This document shows positions 39,256-53,508 of a DNA stretch of 64,000 nt, in pieces. The translations under genes were made by a program, and so were the position numbers. Source of the DNA: Schmidtea polychroa (lineage: Eukaryota); the NCBI GenBank assembly GCA_044892525.1, contig CM097886.1, forward strand, positions 31,496,001 to 31,560,000, written 5' to 3'. Under the pieces are notes generated by a model, which saw nothing but the letters and a program-made list of their open reading frames with translations, did no database searches and had not been told where the DNA came from. Within the stretch, counting starts at the first letter, position 1; the number at the start of each line of letters is the position of its first letter.

Positions 39256-42200
39256 ATACAAAAGATATTATCAAGTAAAAATCAATATTTTTCAGAAGTG
39301 GAGGAGTCGTAACCTGCGGCAAATGAAATTCTGAAGACGAATAAAATAATTTCGAATTGATCAGAGGTCCATAGAAGGGTCAGGGCCCAAAAAAAATTAA
39401 TTAATTAAGTTTCAACAAAGTCAGATTCAATTGGTTGCCGAGAACTAAGATAAGGTAATAAATTATTCAATCTACACAGTTGCTTGTCAGATGGATGGAG
39501 TGCCGGGAATTAGGAGAATTGGCAGCGAATTTTTCAGCCGGATGAGGCAAAGATTAATGATCAGCGAGATACAATATAACCAGCTATCAAAAAAACAGAG
39601 AATTTCAACTGGACAAAGAGTGAAATAATTATAAAAGCAAAATAAATTAAAGAAGGCGAACGAGATACATTCAGAAATGAGTGATAAACTAAATTGTGTC
39701 TTGACTTACTTATTAGGGTGATATCCATAGAGCATTTACCCAGTTATTTTAAACCAAAAAATCACCATCTGAAAATAAAGATTTTGTTGAGATTTGACAT
39801 ATATTTCTTTGATTGCTGAACACGAGGAGTCGAATCAAGATTTAGTTCCATTGACAAACATTAAAATATCCCAACAGACGTAAGTTATGGAAACAAAATC
39901 ATTAGTTTGTCAATTTAAGTATTCATTAAAGGACCGCAAATATACCCACATTCGTTTGGATTTCACTTTAATTTAAATGGAGGATGAGCTGTAAAACATC
40001 GATAGTGCGGAATAGATGTAATTTAATTTCACAATATTTCAGCAGCGACCCACTTAAATAATATTCACTGGCATCTAAAGACTAGAAATAATCAATAAAG
40101 TACAAAACCTTGAGTTAGAAATGGTAATATTGAGCAGTGCATAGAGCGTGAGCTGAGTTCAAATAAGGATATATATAACAATATATAATAATTCAACACA
40201 AAAAATCTGATAAACTCAAAACATAAAGTCCAAATAATAACCTAATTACATGATTGATCAATGGATAAATAAACCGAAGTACGTAATCTGATTTCCTTGA
40301 ACCAAATCAGGTAGTATTATATCATCAGTGCGGAGAGAATACCACTCTCGGACACCGTAAATAGGAAATGCACTCAAATGATGTAAGAACAGTTGTTGGC
40401 TGGATACAAGTAAGCCCCGTGTCGTATCCATTACAAATTTTTTGATTAGCATGAGTGAATTATCACTATCGAATCACGACAAATCCCGAGGAAAAGTTAT
40501 AGTAGAGAAGCTCTCCAAGCACCCAATAGATCTCGACCACGACTATCCAACCTATTATAGTAAGTGCTCATTTTGGTTTTCGGCCCTTAAAATAAATTCT
40601 CTTTCATACATATTACGATTTTATCTAACACCTCAGAACAAGCCATACGCATAACAAGCATCCGACTAGTGGTGACTTTTCCGACGCCATGTCTGCGGCA
40701 TCCCGGTGTAATTGACCCAGTTTAGTAGATGCACATTTATTGAAAGAAAGACATGAATTTAAAATTTTGTTGGGAATTACCTACTTACCCATCAATCCGG
40801 TTTATATCAAATCTTGTTACGAGGAAGACATCAATGACCGATCGGCGAAATCAAATATTTGAGGTATTTTCTATTTCACCCTCCTATTTTCACTGAAACT
40901 GAACAACGTTCTAGTAAAACTGTCATGAGCTGAATTGAGAGTAGTTGCGTACAGTTCGTGAGTGATGTAATTTATTTTCACGATGAATTCAAATTATTAG
41001 CCATTAATACTGTGTATTTGAATTAAACGGATGATTCCCACCTAGAGGTTATGAGTAGCTGACATATATTCTTAATGTATGCTATTCTAATCAAATGACT
41101 ATTGGCTAAGGTATTTTAGATTAAAGAAAACTTATCCTGTATTTAGCTATATTTATTTTAGCCGAAAATTATTACTTAAGAAATTGTATGCTAACCACGT
41201 CGTAATGTTCCCCTACCTGATTTCAAAATTGATGATAATTGTTCATAATTGTTGAATGAAGACAGCATGATCCTATCCAATGCCAACATCAAACATTAGA
41301 ACATGTTAAGACCATATTGTAGTATGACAAGGCATTTGGCAATTACAGTGCACTGGGATGCGCTCCCATTTTGCGAATGTTCAACCATTCAATGCAGTTA
41401 CAACATTAAACAATCAACGAATATTGAGTCGCAGGCAACGTTTGTATTCTAGGTTGTACTGGAAACAACTCAAAAAGATAAAATGTTGGTTACCTGTAAC
41501 CCAGCACTTTAAAGATTATAATTACACAAAAAATTGAATTAACATGCATTAATTAATGAAACAAACTAATAATTTATTAAAAGCTAATTAATAAAATAAT
41601 ACTTAATACGATTAATACGTTAAGTAATACGACTTTAACACTGAAGGCATTGTGTCCGAATTAATATCAACACTGAACTACGAATGTGATATAAACAGGT
41701 GTAAAATAATAAATTAAAAAAAATAAAATCAATAAGCCCAAGTGGGCATAATAATAATAATATTAATAATAATAATGATAATAATAATAGACAATAAAAT
41801 TTCTCAAGCACAAAGAATATTGTACTGGTCATATAATCTGAATATAATCGTATTTACTATAAAATAAAGTTTTCATCAATAACTATTTTCACTAATATTA
41901 TATATTAGATTTTTCTATTAGATTTTTCTATTCAAATTTCTATTAAATTATCTATATTTAATATTTACATTAAAGTATTTACATAGTTAAAAATAAAATA
42001 AAGTTTGTTTAAATAAACATATGAAGGTTATTCCAGAAAAATCCAGGAATTCAACACGAGAAACCGAAAACTTTATGTATTTTGATATTACAAACAATTT
42101 GATTTCCAATATACAAAAATAAATATCATATTCTATAAAATTTACTTGCGATTCCGACAAAGTAATTTCAAATTTCTACAAAATAGGCTCATATGCAGAC

Positions 42201-43690
42201 CGATCAATTATAAATACTGATAAATCACATTCTTTGGCTGATCAGAAGATTTATTTCAACAACATTTGAAACAAACAAGCTTTCAATAAGCATTCAATTT
42301 CGAATATTAATAATTAAATGCTCAGTAAGGACGGACAAATATTATAGACACTTCTATTTATCATTTCGTGTTACTAGTAAATCTGCCTAAATTTTATATT
42401 CCATAACGATGAACGAAACGTAAAAATTGATAAAAATTAAACGAATTCAAGTAAGCTTTGGTCTCACTACTTGGACGCCCCATAATTTTAAGTATTCGCG
42501 AGCAATGTCTTCATGACGACCGTTATGTTGCTAATGCACACTGTCGGTGAAAAGTAAAGAGCAGGAGCTACTCCCCTATACTTTTCGAAAGTTTCCGTCA
42601 GAAGGACTTACGCCCAAACTCTGTTAGTTTCTCTAGATATATCTTTATATTTTCCGTGAACTCTACCGCATCATTTCGTTATCCCATATTATATTCCGAA
42701 TGAAAACAAAAACATAGTGAAGGAATTCATTATTTAACAAAACCAAAACACAGCTCAACAAACAAAAAGTCGTTGCCGAAAATTGCTATTCACAAAATTG
42801 ACTGTATTTTTGATCTATGGCTTCACCAGCCATTTCGCATGATATCGGCAATACCAGATACATGCGATGAGTCGACTCAGTGATTCTATTTCGTGCAATG
42901 GGTGTGTGTACAAGTATTATTTCAGTCATACAGGATTCTTATTAGCCCTCTGAAATTTCAATACTGAAACAAATGCATAAATTTAATGTCCTCGCATTTT
43001 GGGAGCCTTCGTTGTGGTTACCTACCAATCTTGTTCCAAGCTTCTATGACGATCTACGCCACGTTCGTATGGGTGTTGTAGGTTCTATACAAGGATCACG
43101 GTCAATGGTGATTGGCTCATTCACGAGAGAGCATGTATCAACAATTTTTGGGCCGAAGTAAGTTCCCTGGGGGTGCCTCTCAGCTTGCTAGGTTGTTGCT
43201 ATTAATAGATGTGGTTCTATTGGTCGAATTTGGCCACTTCGAAAAAATCAATAATTTCTGTTTCTAAATTTTCTTATTAATAGTAACGTGCCAAATCGAT
43301 AAATCCCAGTCCATACTCCATATTATAAAGTCGATGATAAAGGCTTTTTGGGCATCAGAGTGCGTGAAAGTTTACTTAAATAAATCCAAAATTCCTTAAT
43401 TGATGATATTTTTAAAATGATAATTATTATACGGTTTGCAAACTAGCAAACGAGAATATTGAATGATTTTCATACTTTCGGATATAAATTACTATCTGAC
43501 ACATGGTAAATCCAAATTTTTAATATGAAAACACAATAATTAAAATATAAAATTTTATCCATCCTAATATGGGTAGTGTATGCGGTGAATCATAAGGCTT
43601 AAAATTAATACTTTTACATTTATTAACCAAATAATATAGACATTAATATTAATAATAATAATACGTGATAAATATAGACAATAATGAACA

Positions 43691-45063
43691 ATATATACCT
43701 ATTTTCTGTGTGCAAATACGTGTGTGTGCGCTGATGCAGTAAAACAAGCTCGAATTCTTTTTAATTCTAGAACATTCTATTTTTGATTTTTAACGATTTT
43801 AACGGCAATTTTTGTGCCATAATTTTTGTTTTTATTTTAAAAGCTTATTTTTGAATTATTTTTTATTAATTTTGCCTCCATGATGGATTTGGGAATTTCC
43901 AGAACATTCCATATTAGATTAAAGTTAATTTTTATTTTAGAATCGTTTTCTATGAATTCTTTTTTTGAATTTTTATTTTTTAAGCTAATTTATTTATTTT
44001 TGTTATTAATTTATTTATTTCATTGTATTACATGACATCCATGGTGGATTTCTCCATCTTTATGGATTGTTCTGGGTTTTTGTCTAGAATTTAGATTTTC
44101 TAAAGTTTCGAGTTTGTTTTTTGTATTTTCATGTTTCTCTGTTATGTTTGAGTTGATTTTCCTGCGATACTTCTTGTATTTGATTTATTTTATTTTTTTA
44201 TTTAAATGTTTTTTTTTGTTATTTTTACTCCTAATTTATTATTGATTATTTGATGTTATGTATTATCTATTTAAATAAACTTAATGTTAGGTATGCATGT
44301 TATTTACCACCGCATTTCATCACTTTTTCAAGGTTTGGGTCTAGAATTCAGTTCTAGTCCAACACAGTTCTAAAATTTATCAAAGAATAAAAATAAAAAT
44401 AAGTTAAATAAGAGTTATCTAAAAGGTGTTGGGCTAGAACTGACTTCTAGACCCAAATTTCTAATTGTGACTGAAATGTGTAGGTACACAACATGCAAAA
44501 AGCAAAAAGTATAGTTAAATATTAAAAATACACCAAATAAACAATATTAATTGACGGAGAAAACAACAAAAAATAAACACGGAAATTAAATAAAATTATA
44601 CAAAAGCAAGAAGTTATGTAAAATCGAACTCAGAAATAATCAAATAAACATAGAGTTACAAAAAAAAGACTCGAATAACTTAAAAGACAGTAAAAACAGT
44701 GAAAAATTCCAGAAAAACCCAGAACATTCCATAAAAATGGCGATGACCATCGCAAAAGCCATAAAAGTTGGAAAAATAAATGAATTAGTATTAAAAAAAA
44801 AATAAAAATCTTAAAAAGAAATTCGTAAAACATCAGTTAAAATAAAAATAAAATTAAAATTAACATGGACTGTTCTGGAACCGTTCCAAATCCATCATGG
44901 ACGTAAAATTAACGAAAAATAATTTAAAAATAAAAACAAAAATTATGGCACAAAAATTGCCATTAAAAATATCAAAATCGCAAAATAGAAAATTCTGGAA
45001 TAAAAAGAATTCAAGTTTGTTTTAATGCATCAATACATACACGTGTACAAAATAGGTATATAT
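43691..45063. repeat. Foldback (long inverted-repeat) element, arms of about 640-675 bp around a 60 bp loop
   Basis: Outer ends ATATATACCTATTTT and AAAATAGGTATATAT. Matching internal blocks (AATTTTTGTGCCATAATTTTTG; CCATGATGGATTTGG; TTTGGGTCTAGAA.TCAGTTCTAG.CCAACAC). Loop at 44366-44425. Confidence 0.85.
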
Positions 45064-45959
45064 ACTGACGCATTTCAGTCACAATTTAATCACTTTATGC
45101 CAAATTTATTTTTCTGGAAAAAATTCTTGGAATACTAGTAGTAAGAACTATTTTATTTACATTGTAATATATATCTTTTTGGATGTATAATTCATACTAT
45201 TTTTAAAATTTTTGTTTATTTTATTTCTTTTAGATCGTTGGATGGAAGAGTGATTAGAGTCGTGCCGATTGTGTACGCCTCTGATCAGCCTTGCATTCAA
45301 CCAAGCTATAAAATTTATCACAACATGCGGACATGCATTACCGTTACTATTTTTTTTTCTTTTCGGTCATCGGAGGTCGTCCACTTCATGGTTTTGCCAT
45401 GGAGTTGTGTCGATAAAACCCCTCTGCTATGGCTCCAACTATTTATTATCGGTCGACAACGGTATGTTTCGACTCTATATAACAGTAAGGCTTGTCGTAG
45501 CGGTCACAGTGGGGCCGTGTAAGCAAGCACTCTTCCCGAATCCAAGAGCAGTACACAATTAAAATCAACACTAAAAATTTCACACACTACTTAACACTAG
45601 GATCCTAATTTGAGTAGAACTCAGACCCAAACTTATACAATTCTACAATTTAGTAATGTAATCGGGTGAACATCAATAGAGATTCCAGTTATGCTTATGC
45701 GTTTGCCGAATTTAGATAAATATAAAATAAAATTTATTAGTGATTAAAGTAATCGAAATATTTCTCATAAAGGTGTTCGGCATACGTATAGGTAGGACTT
45801 AATCCATAAGTTGAGTAGGTCATTGAATTAATTATAGGACTAATAAATCTAATATGTATATTTATATCATAAATTTAACTTCCTCCAATATAAATTATGG
45901 ACCTATATCGATTTAAGTGGTCACCCTAAAATAGTTATATGAATTAAGAATTTATACTA

Positions 45960-47620
45960 ATATCAATTATAAATCTCAAATGGTTGTAGGCAAATTATAA
46001 ATGCACCCTGGTCATCAAGTTGAAGTATTATAAATTTTTATTGATAAATGGCCATCTATAAAGTATTAGCAAGTTAAAATGCAATTTCTGATTATATATA
46101 TAATGCTTTACCAAGTTGTATAAGTATAACTCATAGACATACAATCATAAAACATAATCGATTTTAAATCTACCATTCTCAGATTCCGAGTTAAAATCAT
46201 AATTTATAAATGTATATAATCATACTTTATAGCCTTATGCTTTATCTAGTATATACTTCCCTAATGCCTAAACTGGAAACTATAATTATATCAGCTAAGA
46301 AGTCTAGATTAAAAACTATAATTTTATATAGAATGTGCAAGTATCTCAGCCTGAAAATATAACTTATAAAGACTCGAATTATAAAATATAATCTTATGCT
46401 AATTTTGAAATCTGACTTATAAATATGAGAGGCTATGTATAGATTATATATGTATGATGGTAATAAAATATAAGCCCTTAACCCGAAATACGACATATAA
46501 ATGGTAACTGTATCTCGATTATTAAGTATAAATGATAAATGGTTATATATAAATTATAAATGTATCTTAATTATAAAAATACAATCTAAAAATAATTATA
46601 CGAAAAATTTCAATTATAGAAATATAATTTATAAATAGTTATATATAACTCTGAATTTAAAAATATAAAGTATAAATAGTTATATGTAAATTATTAAAAT
46701 ATAATCTATAAAGATTATACCTAAAATTTTATAAAAATATAATTTACCAATAGTTATATGCAAATCCGAGTTTAAAAATATAACATATAAATGGTTATAT
46801 GTAAATTATCAATGTATCTTAATTATAAAATACGATCTACAAATGATTATGCATAAAACTTTGGCTATGAAAATATAATTTCTAAATAGTTATGTATAAA
46901 TTTGGATCTAAGAATATAAATTATAAATAGTTACATATAAATTTTACTTACAAGACTATAAATTATAAATAATTATATAAAAATTTTGATTATAAAATAT
47001 AAAGTATAAATAGTTATACATAAATTATATACGTATATTGACCATAGAAATATAATCTATAAATAGTTACGAAATAAATTTTACGTACAAAATATAAATT
47101 ATAAATGATTATATATAAATTTTGATTACAGAATATAAAATATAAGTAGTTGGTTATAAATTATATAGGTATATTGATGGTTACGGATTAATTTTACGTA
47201 CAAAAATATCAAATATAGATAATTATATATAAATTTGGATTATAAAAATATAATTTATAACTAGTAATAAATAAATTATAAATGTAGCGTGACTATAAAC
47301 ACTAATTATAAACAGTCATATATAACTTCTGATCTTAAAAAACACGAATTCTAGATAGTTATTTAGAGTTACTAATGCAACTAGATTATAAGATAAAAAC
47401 CAGGAATAATTATATATAAATTATGTATGGATCTGGGTTATCGAAATAGAAATTCTAAATAGTATTATAAAATTATGTGTAAGAATGCAAATTACAAGTT
47501 TGTATTTGACTAGAACCTAAATTATAAATACCTAAACTATGAACTGTGGTGTTGTATTTCTCTTCAAGATATAATTCATAATTACTTATATTATATGAAC
47601 TACCTCTACCGATTAAGGAT
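45960..47620. repeat. Highly AT-rich degenerate minisatellite (about 40 bp periodic TATAAATAGTTATATATAAA-like motif)
   Basis: Recurrent ATAAATAGTTAT / AAATATAA motifs, no ORF of substance. Confidence 0.7.
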
Positions 47621-48777
47621 AAATTATAATCCATAAATGAGCGCTGTTTCTGAAACGCATAAAATTTTATTCAAGGATATCACTGTATGCTAGCTGAACC
47701 TCGCAAAATAAGTATTAGCATTTGTTATGGTTAAGATCATCACTAGCACTGTTATTACTATCTCTATCGCTCCCCATAATTACCGTTATCCTGAATATCA
47801 TCATAATTCCCCTTACTGCATTACAAATTAGTTACAATAATTGTTAGCATAAAATCGGATTTGCATCACAAAATTTAGCTTACCTTGAAAAAATGGGAAA
47901 TTGCATATCCAAGCATTCAGTGCACGAACATAGAAGTAAAATCCCAACTAAAACACGCAGCCATGAGTAGGCTAATAGTCTTCTTTAGGAGGAAACCAGC
48001 AGGGTGAACGCTACCGATGCGAACTCGGCATTGGAATTTCATGAAAGATGGGCATAAATCCACGATTTCAGGTAAGTTAAGGGGCATTTTGATTACAACA
48101 TCACCGTAGCGTTGATATTGATATTCGTCCGGAAATGGACCAAACAACCTAAAATTCGTATAAAAACAAAAGTAACGGTCACACTGAATATGACAACCCG
48201 GTCTAAGTGAGGATGAGGTGGGAAACTAAGTTCCAACAGCTCACCCAGCACCGACGGGGCTGGTTGATTCAGTAGTTAAATAATTAGCATAAAATAAAAT
48301 ATTATGTCGATGACATAACAAACATTAAAAATAAACCATAGAATTTTCAATAATTAGGTTAGATAAACAAAGTGCAAATTTTTTTTAAAAAATATAAAAG
48401 TTGATTTGCTGTAATTAACACGGTCGAATAGAGTTAGATCTTCAGAAATTAATTTTTGTTATTTTTATTTTTTTTTATTTAACTGTGAATTTGGTAGAGT
48501 ATCTGCGGTACTGATTTAACAGTGGAAAAAGAAAATTTTTAATTTATAAATTACATAACGGATTAATAACCGAGATTTAAATCAATATACGCTCAATTTA
48601 GCAAAATCCATAATTCCCCCACAATCTATAACGCGGATTATGATAAGACGATCCACAAATTGACCCACTCATCATTTTTGCGACTTTGTCGAATGGATAA
48701 ACCATAGAAACGAAATTCCGAATCTACCAAAAAATTGATACTAATATCTCCTTTAATTGGGCTTATTTAATAACAGA

Positions 48778-49140
48778 ATGTCTCAAACAAGTGGACCCGA
48801 CGAAGCGGAATACAGGCAGATGATCACGCGGCTCCGGACCCGGTACATCTGGTACCGGATTCATGATTGGAACCGGGGGCTAGACCTGGATAATTATGGC
48901 CCGGTCATCCGAAGTGGCCCAGAGCCCGATGCCCCGGCGTGGATGAAAGCAGAGCCCACTAACAATCTGCTACGAGAAGCCCGCGATCGAGCGGCTATCG
49001 AGGTAGAAGCCGCCCAGTTGCGGCTGAGGAAAATCGAGCTCCAGCTCAGAGCCGAGACAGAGGGAGTAACCCTCGAAGAGCTGGAAGAGATAGACACCCC
49101 TCCACGAAAACGAGGGAGGCCCCGGAAGAACCCTGCCTAA
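48778..49140 (+). CDS. 120 aa protein with C-terminal AT-hook
   Basis: GC-rich ORF in an AT-rich setting ending PPRKRGRPRKNPA. Acceptor-like TTAATAACAG lies 1 nt before the ATG. Confidence 0.65.
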   Translation: MSQTSGPDEAEYRQMITRLRTRYIWYRIHDWNRGLDLDNYGPVIRSGPEPDAPAWMKAEPTNNLLREARDRAAIEVEAAQLRLRKIELQLRAETEGVTLEELEEIDTPPRKRGRPRKNPA

Positions 49141-49395
49141 TCCGCCGGCAGTGACAACTGGAATAAAACTATTTGATTAAGTTGATCTAATGATATTGTG
49201 TTTGCTTTTGACTTCATTAGTAGCTAGTATGACAAATTGTAGATTTTTTTTTGTATTAAAGTTTTTGACATTATATTTTGGCGTGTGTCTTCATCATATA
49301 ATAAATTATCTTTCGGTTATTACATTTGGGCCTTATAACTTATGGGGTGTCCCCAGGATTGAGGTGGCCCTCCCCATCCCTCATCTATTAATTTT

Positions 49396-49905
49396 ATGCA
49401 ATTATTCGAATCACCTTTACGCACATGGAAGCGAGCGATGAAATTTTATTATTGTTTTCCTTCAGTGTACAAATTACTCGAAAATCTACGCAAGGACCGC
49501 GAACAGGCCCAGCAACAGGCCGAAGACCTCCGAAGTCGGGTCGAGAAGCTCAAAGTCAAGTGCCGAGAACTCGAAGGTACTTGGTTCATTCCGGCTGAGA
49601 TTAAGAAACGAACAACACACATCTCGCAACTCCAGACCCAGGCGGAGCAGGACCAACTCGAAATCCGAGCACTGAAGTTACAAGTGCGCACGCTCGAGAG
49701 TAGATTGAACGAAAGGTTCATCCAGGACACTCTCCGAGAGCAGATTCGTCCACTTCCCGTGGAGCTGGCTAAGATATACCCACCAGCTCAGGCAAGCAAG
49801 CCAAAACGTAAACGGCTAGGGAGGAATACACGAGAAAAATTGAAAAGGGCCTGGCTGGCCGAGCAGGAAAAATCGAAAGAGTCTGCAGCCACTCCACGAT
49901 CCTGA
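49396..49905 (+). CDS. Homologue of the LTR-encoded 262 aa protein (probably an exon starting at the acceptor near 49465)
   Basis: DLRSRVEKLKVKCRELEGTWFIPAEIK vs DLQTQIGRYKRKIDELEGTWFSPARMK; ASKPKRKRLGRNTREK vs SSKPKRKQLSRAERKK. Confidence 0.75.
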   Translation: MQLFESPLRTWKRAMKFYYCFPSVYKLLENLRKDREQAQQQAEDLRSRVEKLKVKCRELEGTWFIPAEIKKRTTHISQLQTQAEQDQLEIRALKLQVRTLESRLNERFIQDTLREQIRPLPVELAKIYPPAQASKPKRKRLGRNTREKLKRAWLAEQEKSKESAATPRS

Positions 49906-50585
49906 GGAATGTTCGAGAGTGCGACCCCTCCTGGGTAAAACCGACATTGTGATATTGTAGAATTTAAATAAATAATTTCATTGTCTGATGGGTATGTGAT
50001 TAAATTTTGTGATTGTTCAGAGCAAGACGGTTGACAGAAAAGAGTTTGGGAAAGCAATCTCGATAAGGGACCGAAATAAATCGGACATATGCCTTCTATC
50101 GGCCGTCCGTGAACCCATGGAGTGCTCGACAATTATAGCGCTCTTAGCGCGCTCCCTTTTTTTGAGTACTCAACCCCTTGGTACAGCACCAACGTTGATT
50201 ACTCAACGGGTACCAAGTGGAAAATAAGGTTGCATGCTGGGTTACGCTGGTAACAGCACTAAAGAGCAAAATATTTGATCATCAGTAACCCACCAAAGGT
50301 GAAACCATTAAGCTACGATGGACGATGCCTAAAAAAACATAAGTCTACTTCTATTGACTTTTAATTATAAAATGGAATACTAAAAACGGAATACTTGAAA
50401 ATAGGTACAATATTATTAGAATGGTTAGTTCATGTGATAATCGAAAGGGGGATACCTTAACTACATCGTTTAAAGTTTTTTTAAATTTCTACAACCAAGA
50501 AAGATCAAGATACTAGAACTTAAATTTTAATTATACTATAGCATTATTACCCAATTATAAAAATTATATAATATATTAATAAAAT

Positions 50586-51052
50586 CAGTGCTTTTTTCCT
50601 GGGAAAAAGGTGCCGGAACGTATCTGTACTATCCTTTATATGCAAAAAATGACGCTGAAATTAGCTAACAAATAAAATAATGATGCAGGACACAAAATAT
50701 AGTATATTTAATATACACTTATTAACTATTAGTAACTTATTACCGATAAATTTTATAATGTAAAAAAAATGTAAAGAAAAATTAATCGTAAAGTTGTTTA
50801 TAGTAAATTCCATTATAATAATAGTAATTTCATTATTATAATAATAGTAATAACACATAGGAAGCACGGAGTTATGATTCACTCGCTTTGGCGTTCGAAT
50901 ACTACTTTTAATTTGATTGTAATTGACTATTTGAAATGTCAGAAATAGAAATATGACAAAAAACCAAAACATATGTCAATTTTTTAAAATCATTCGGCGA
51001 AAAAAGGTACTGGAACACCGTTCCGGAGCGTTCCGTCAGTAAAAAAGCACTG
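50586..51052. mobile_element. hAT-type MITE
   Basis: TIR CAGTGCTTTTTT / AAAAAAGCACTG, 8 bp TSD AATAAAAT (50578-50585, 51053-51060). Confidence 0.88.
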
Positions 51053-53508
51053 AATAAAATGCAAAACAAAATTTACCATTTTAGAATTCCAATAATAATT
51101 ATCGCGTCCCAGAGTGAATATGAATACAAAATTTCAAGAATTGTACAATCAAGCGTAAAATCAAACAGTTCCGTTGAAATTTCAAAATTGGTAAGTGAAT
51201 TTTGACAATTCTGAAAAAATTGTTCTGAAGTTATACGAAGTAATTGAAAAAATAGGTTGGATCTTTGCAAAAATTAGTTTCACAAGATTTTTAGAATAAA
51301 GTGGTTGAAAATATTGATAGTAGCTTGGATGAAGTGCTTTAAAATTTAAACAAATTGTATAACAAAAAAGTGGTAAAGTGGCTAACCCTTTATATAGTCT
51401 TATTGTGTATGTCTTCGACCAATCAGGATCGAATGTGCGTGTTTCAGATATCTTATTTTTCTATTTTCGATCTGAAATTCCAATCATTCTTATTGCCTGA
51501 TCTCTTTATTTTAATTAATTTTTCGGTTTTTATTTTTAATGTTTACTTTTCTTTCTCCCGATTGCAAATTAAACATTGTAAAACTGTACAAAAAGCGCGT
51601 ATTTTTATTTAAAAAAAATAATTTTCAGAAAGTCTCAGATGACCGCTAGCAAATTGTTAAGCGAGTTTAAGGCCATCGATATGCAGATGCTTCAGAAAGT
51701 CAACCACATTACACAAGAACAAGCCATGAGGGACCTAAATGAATTGTGAAAGTATGAACTTCGAATAAGACAGTTAGAAACAGAAATAACCCAAGGGCAA
51801 ACCGATGATGAGATCATGTGTCCATTTTTTATGACTACACTTCCAAACAAGTATGCTAAACATTTCCAGGTTTCACAATGTTATTATGACCATTTATGGC
51901 CTCATTAATATCATGCCAGTGTAAATAACAAATTAATTTAAACTAAATACATCTTGGGGCATTGGCAGGATGGGATTTTGTCCGGGTAGGATATTGTCGA
52001 CTCGATTATGTATATTTTTAAATGATTTATAATAATTTAACATATTTTTTGACATTACTTTAGTCTTTTAGTATTTCAATTTTCATGTATTGTTTTAGTA
52101 ATATTTTCATAAACATCTACAAAACTTAAAATTTTCACAAAATGAATTCTTTAGTCTTTATTTTCGCCATATCAAAGTGTATTAAAAGTAATAGCCTCTA
52201 AAATAATTTCAAATTTCATGTTATTTAAAAAATTAAGCTAAATAAATATTCCAAATATATAAAAATAAAATATTCAATTCCACTGCAAGTTTGCTTGTTA
52301 TCTTTATTATGTGTTGTGTTTGTATCTTTTACAAGAAAAATAATTGGGAATATTACTCAATTTTCGGATCAGTATCGATAAAGACTAGAAGGTCAATCTA
52401 AGAACCTTTCACTCAGTTAAAACATGAAAAAATATTTGAGGTGCATCAGAGCCTTATTGTTAAAATAGAATGGTTTTTATATCAAGCTTTAAATAATTTA
52501 TTTAATTGAATGAGTAAAAGACAGAATAGCTTCTATACGGATGATGGAACTGTAAAGGAATGTATTTGTAAAGATGAGAGCAATTCAATTATTAAAAGTG
52601 GAAATGCACGAAGGTCCTGAGTTGAGGAGTGATGCATAGAATTCAATATTTAGTTAAACAATCATACCAGTTCTAGTATATAAATTTCTATTTATTAAAA
52701 TGACGGGATCCAGTAAAAGATTCAACACGTGTAAATTCTCTGTTTTCAATCAGATCGAACTAAAGATAATTTATGGAAATAAGAGGGAAAACGCGATAGA
52801 TCTATCATGTACAATACATTTAGAATATGTATATATACATGTATATATATATATGTATATATATATATGAAATTGAATCATCAAATATAACAAATGGATC
52901 AGACAATACCAGTGGAGGTTTTCTCACAAATATATATTTCAAAAAAGACCAATAGGAATGACGATAAATCTGAACCAAGCCAAGAGAAACTGTCCTAATA
53001 AAATACGGCAATTGTAACCAAGGAGATTCCAATAAGAATGACTGCTAAATTATTTGATTCCTTAAAAGACTAGGGAAATCGATAGTGAGTTAGAAGATCT
53101 ATTGAACTCATTGATCTTACAGGACAAAATTAATTTAACTTTGGTGGTCAAGGACAACGGCTACTTGTGATATCGCTACAGTACCCACAATTATTAACTT
53201 TTAAAAAGATTTGACAGAAATATGCTGTTACTAAAATAAATATATAAGATAATCAGCCAACCCAAAATAAAAAAAAGTTATATAAATTTTCATTTGTGTT
53301 TACATTGTATTTATATTCATCCATAATTTGAAAATTTAGTGATAAGTTAAATAAATTGTTCAAATTCACATTTTAAATTCATTTTGTTTAATTGTATTAC
53401 TGAAATTATTTTTATAAAAATCTTTACAAGGAATCCAATTTTTAACTTAAAATTATTTGTAAATTTAAATTAAATATAAATCATAACTTTTATTAAATAA
53501 AATTCTAG

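Larger units (their letters stand above)
45774..50295 (+). mobile_element. Probable solo LTR (4,522 bp) of a sister giant-retroelement family, opposite orientation
   Basis: AAGG on both sides (45770-45773, 50296-50299). Ends TGTTCGG...GTAACCCACCA vs TGTTGGG...GTAACCCCAACA in the main LTR. It contains a homologue of the LTR gene at a similar distance from the end. Confidence 0.7.

Noticed and set aside
39300-43400. Multi-exon host gene (e.g. a CNCQMPC Cys motif near 41340 on the minus strand suggesting DEG/ENaC)
   Set aside because: Only isolated short matches flanked by stops, and no consistent exon chain could be built.
51640-51900. Gag-like remnant
   Set aside because: About 65 codons with an internal stop and only a vague resemblance; insufficient.
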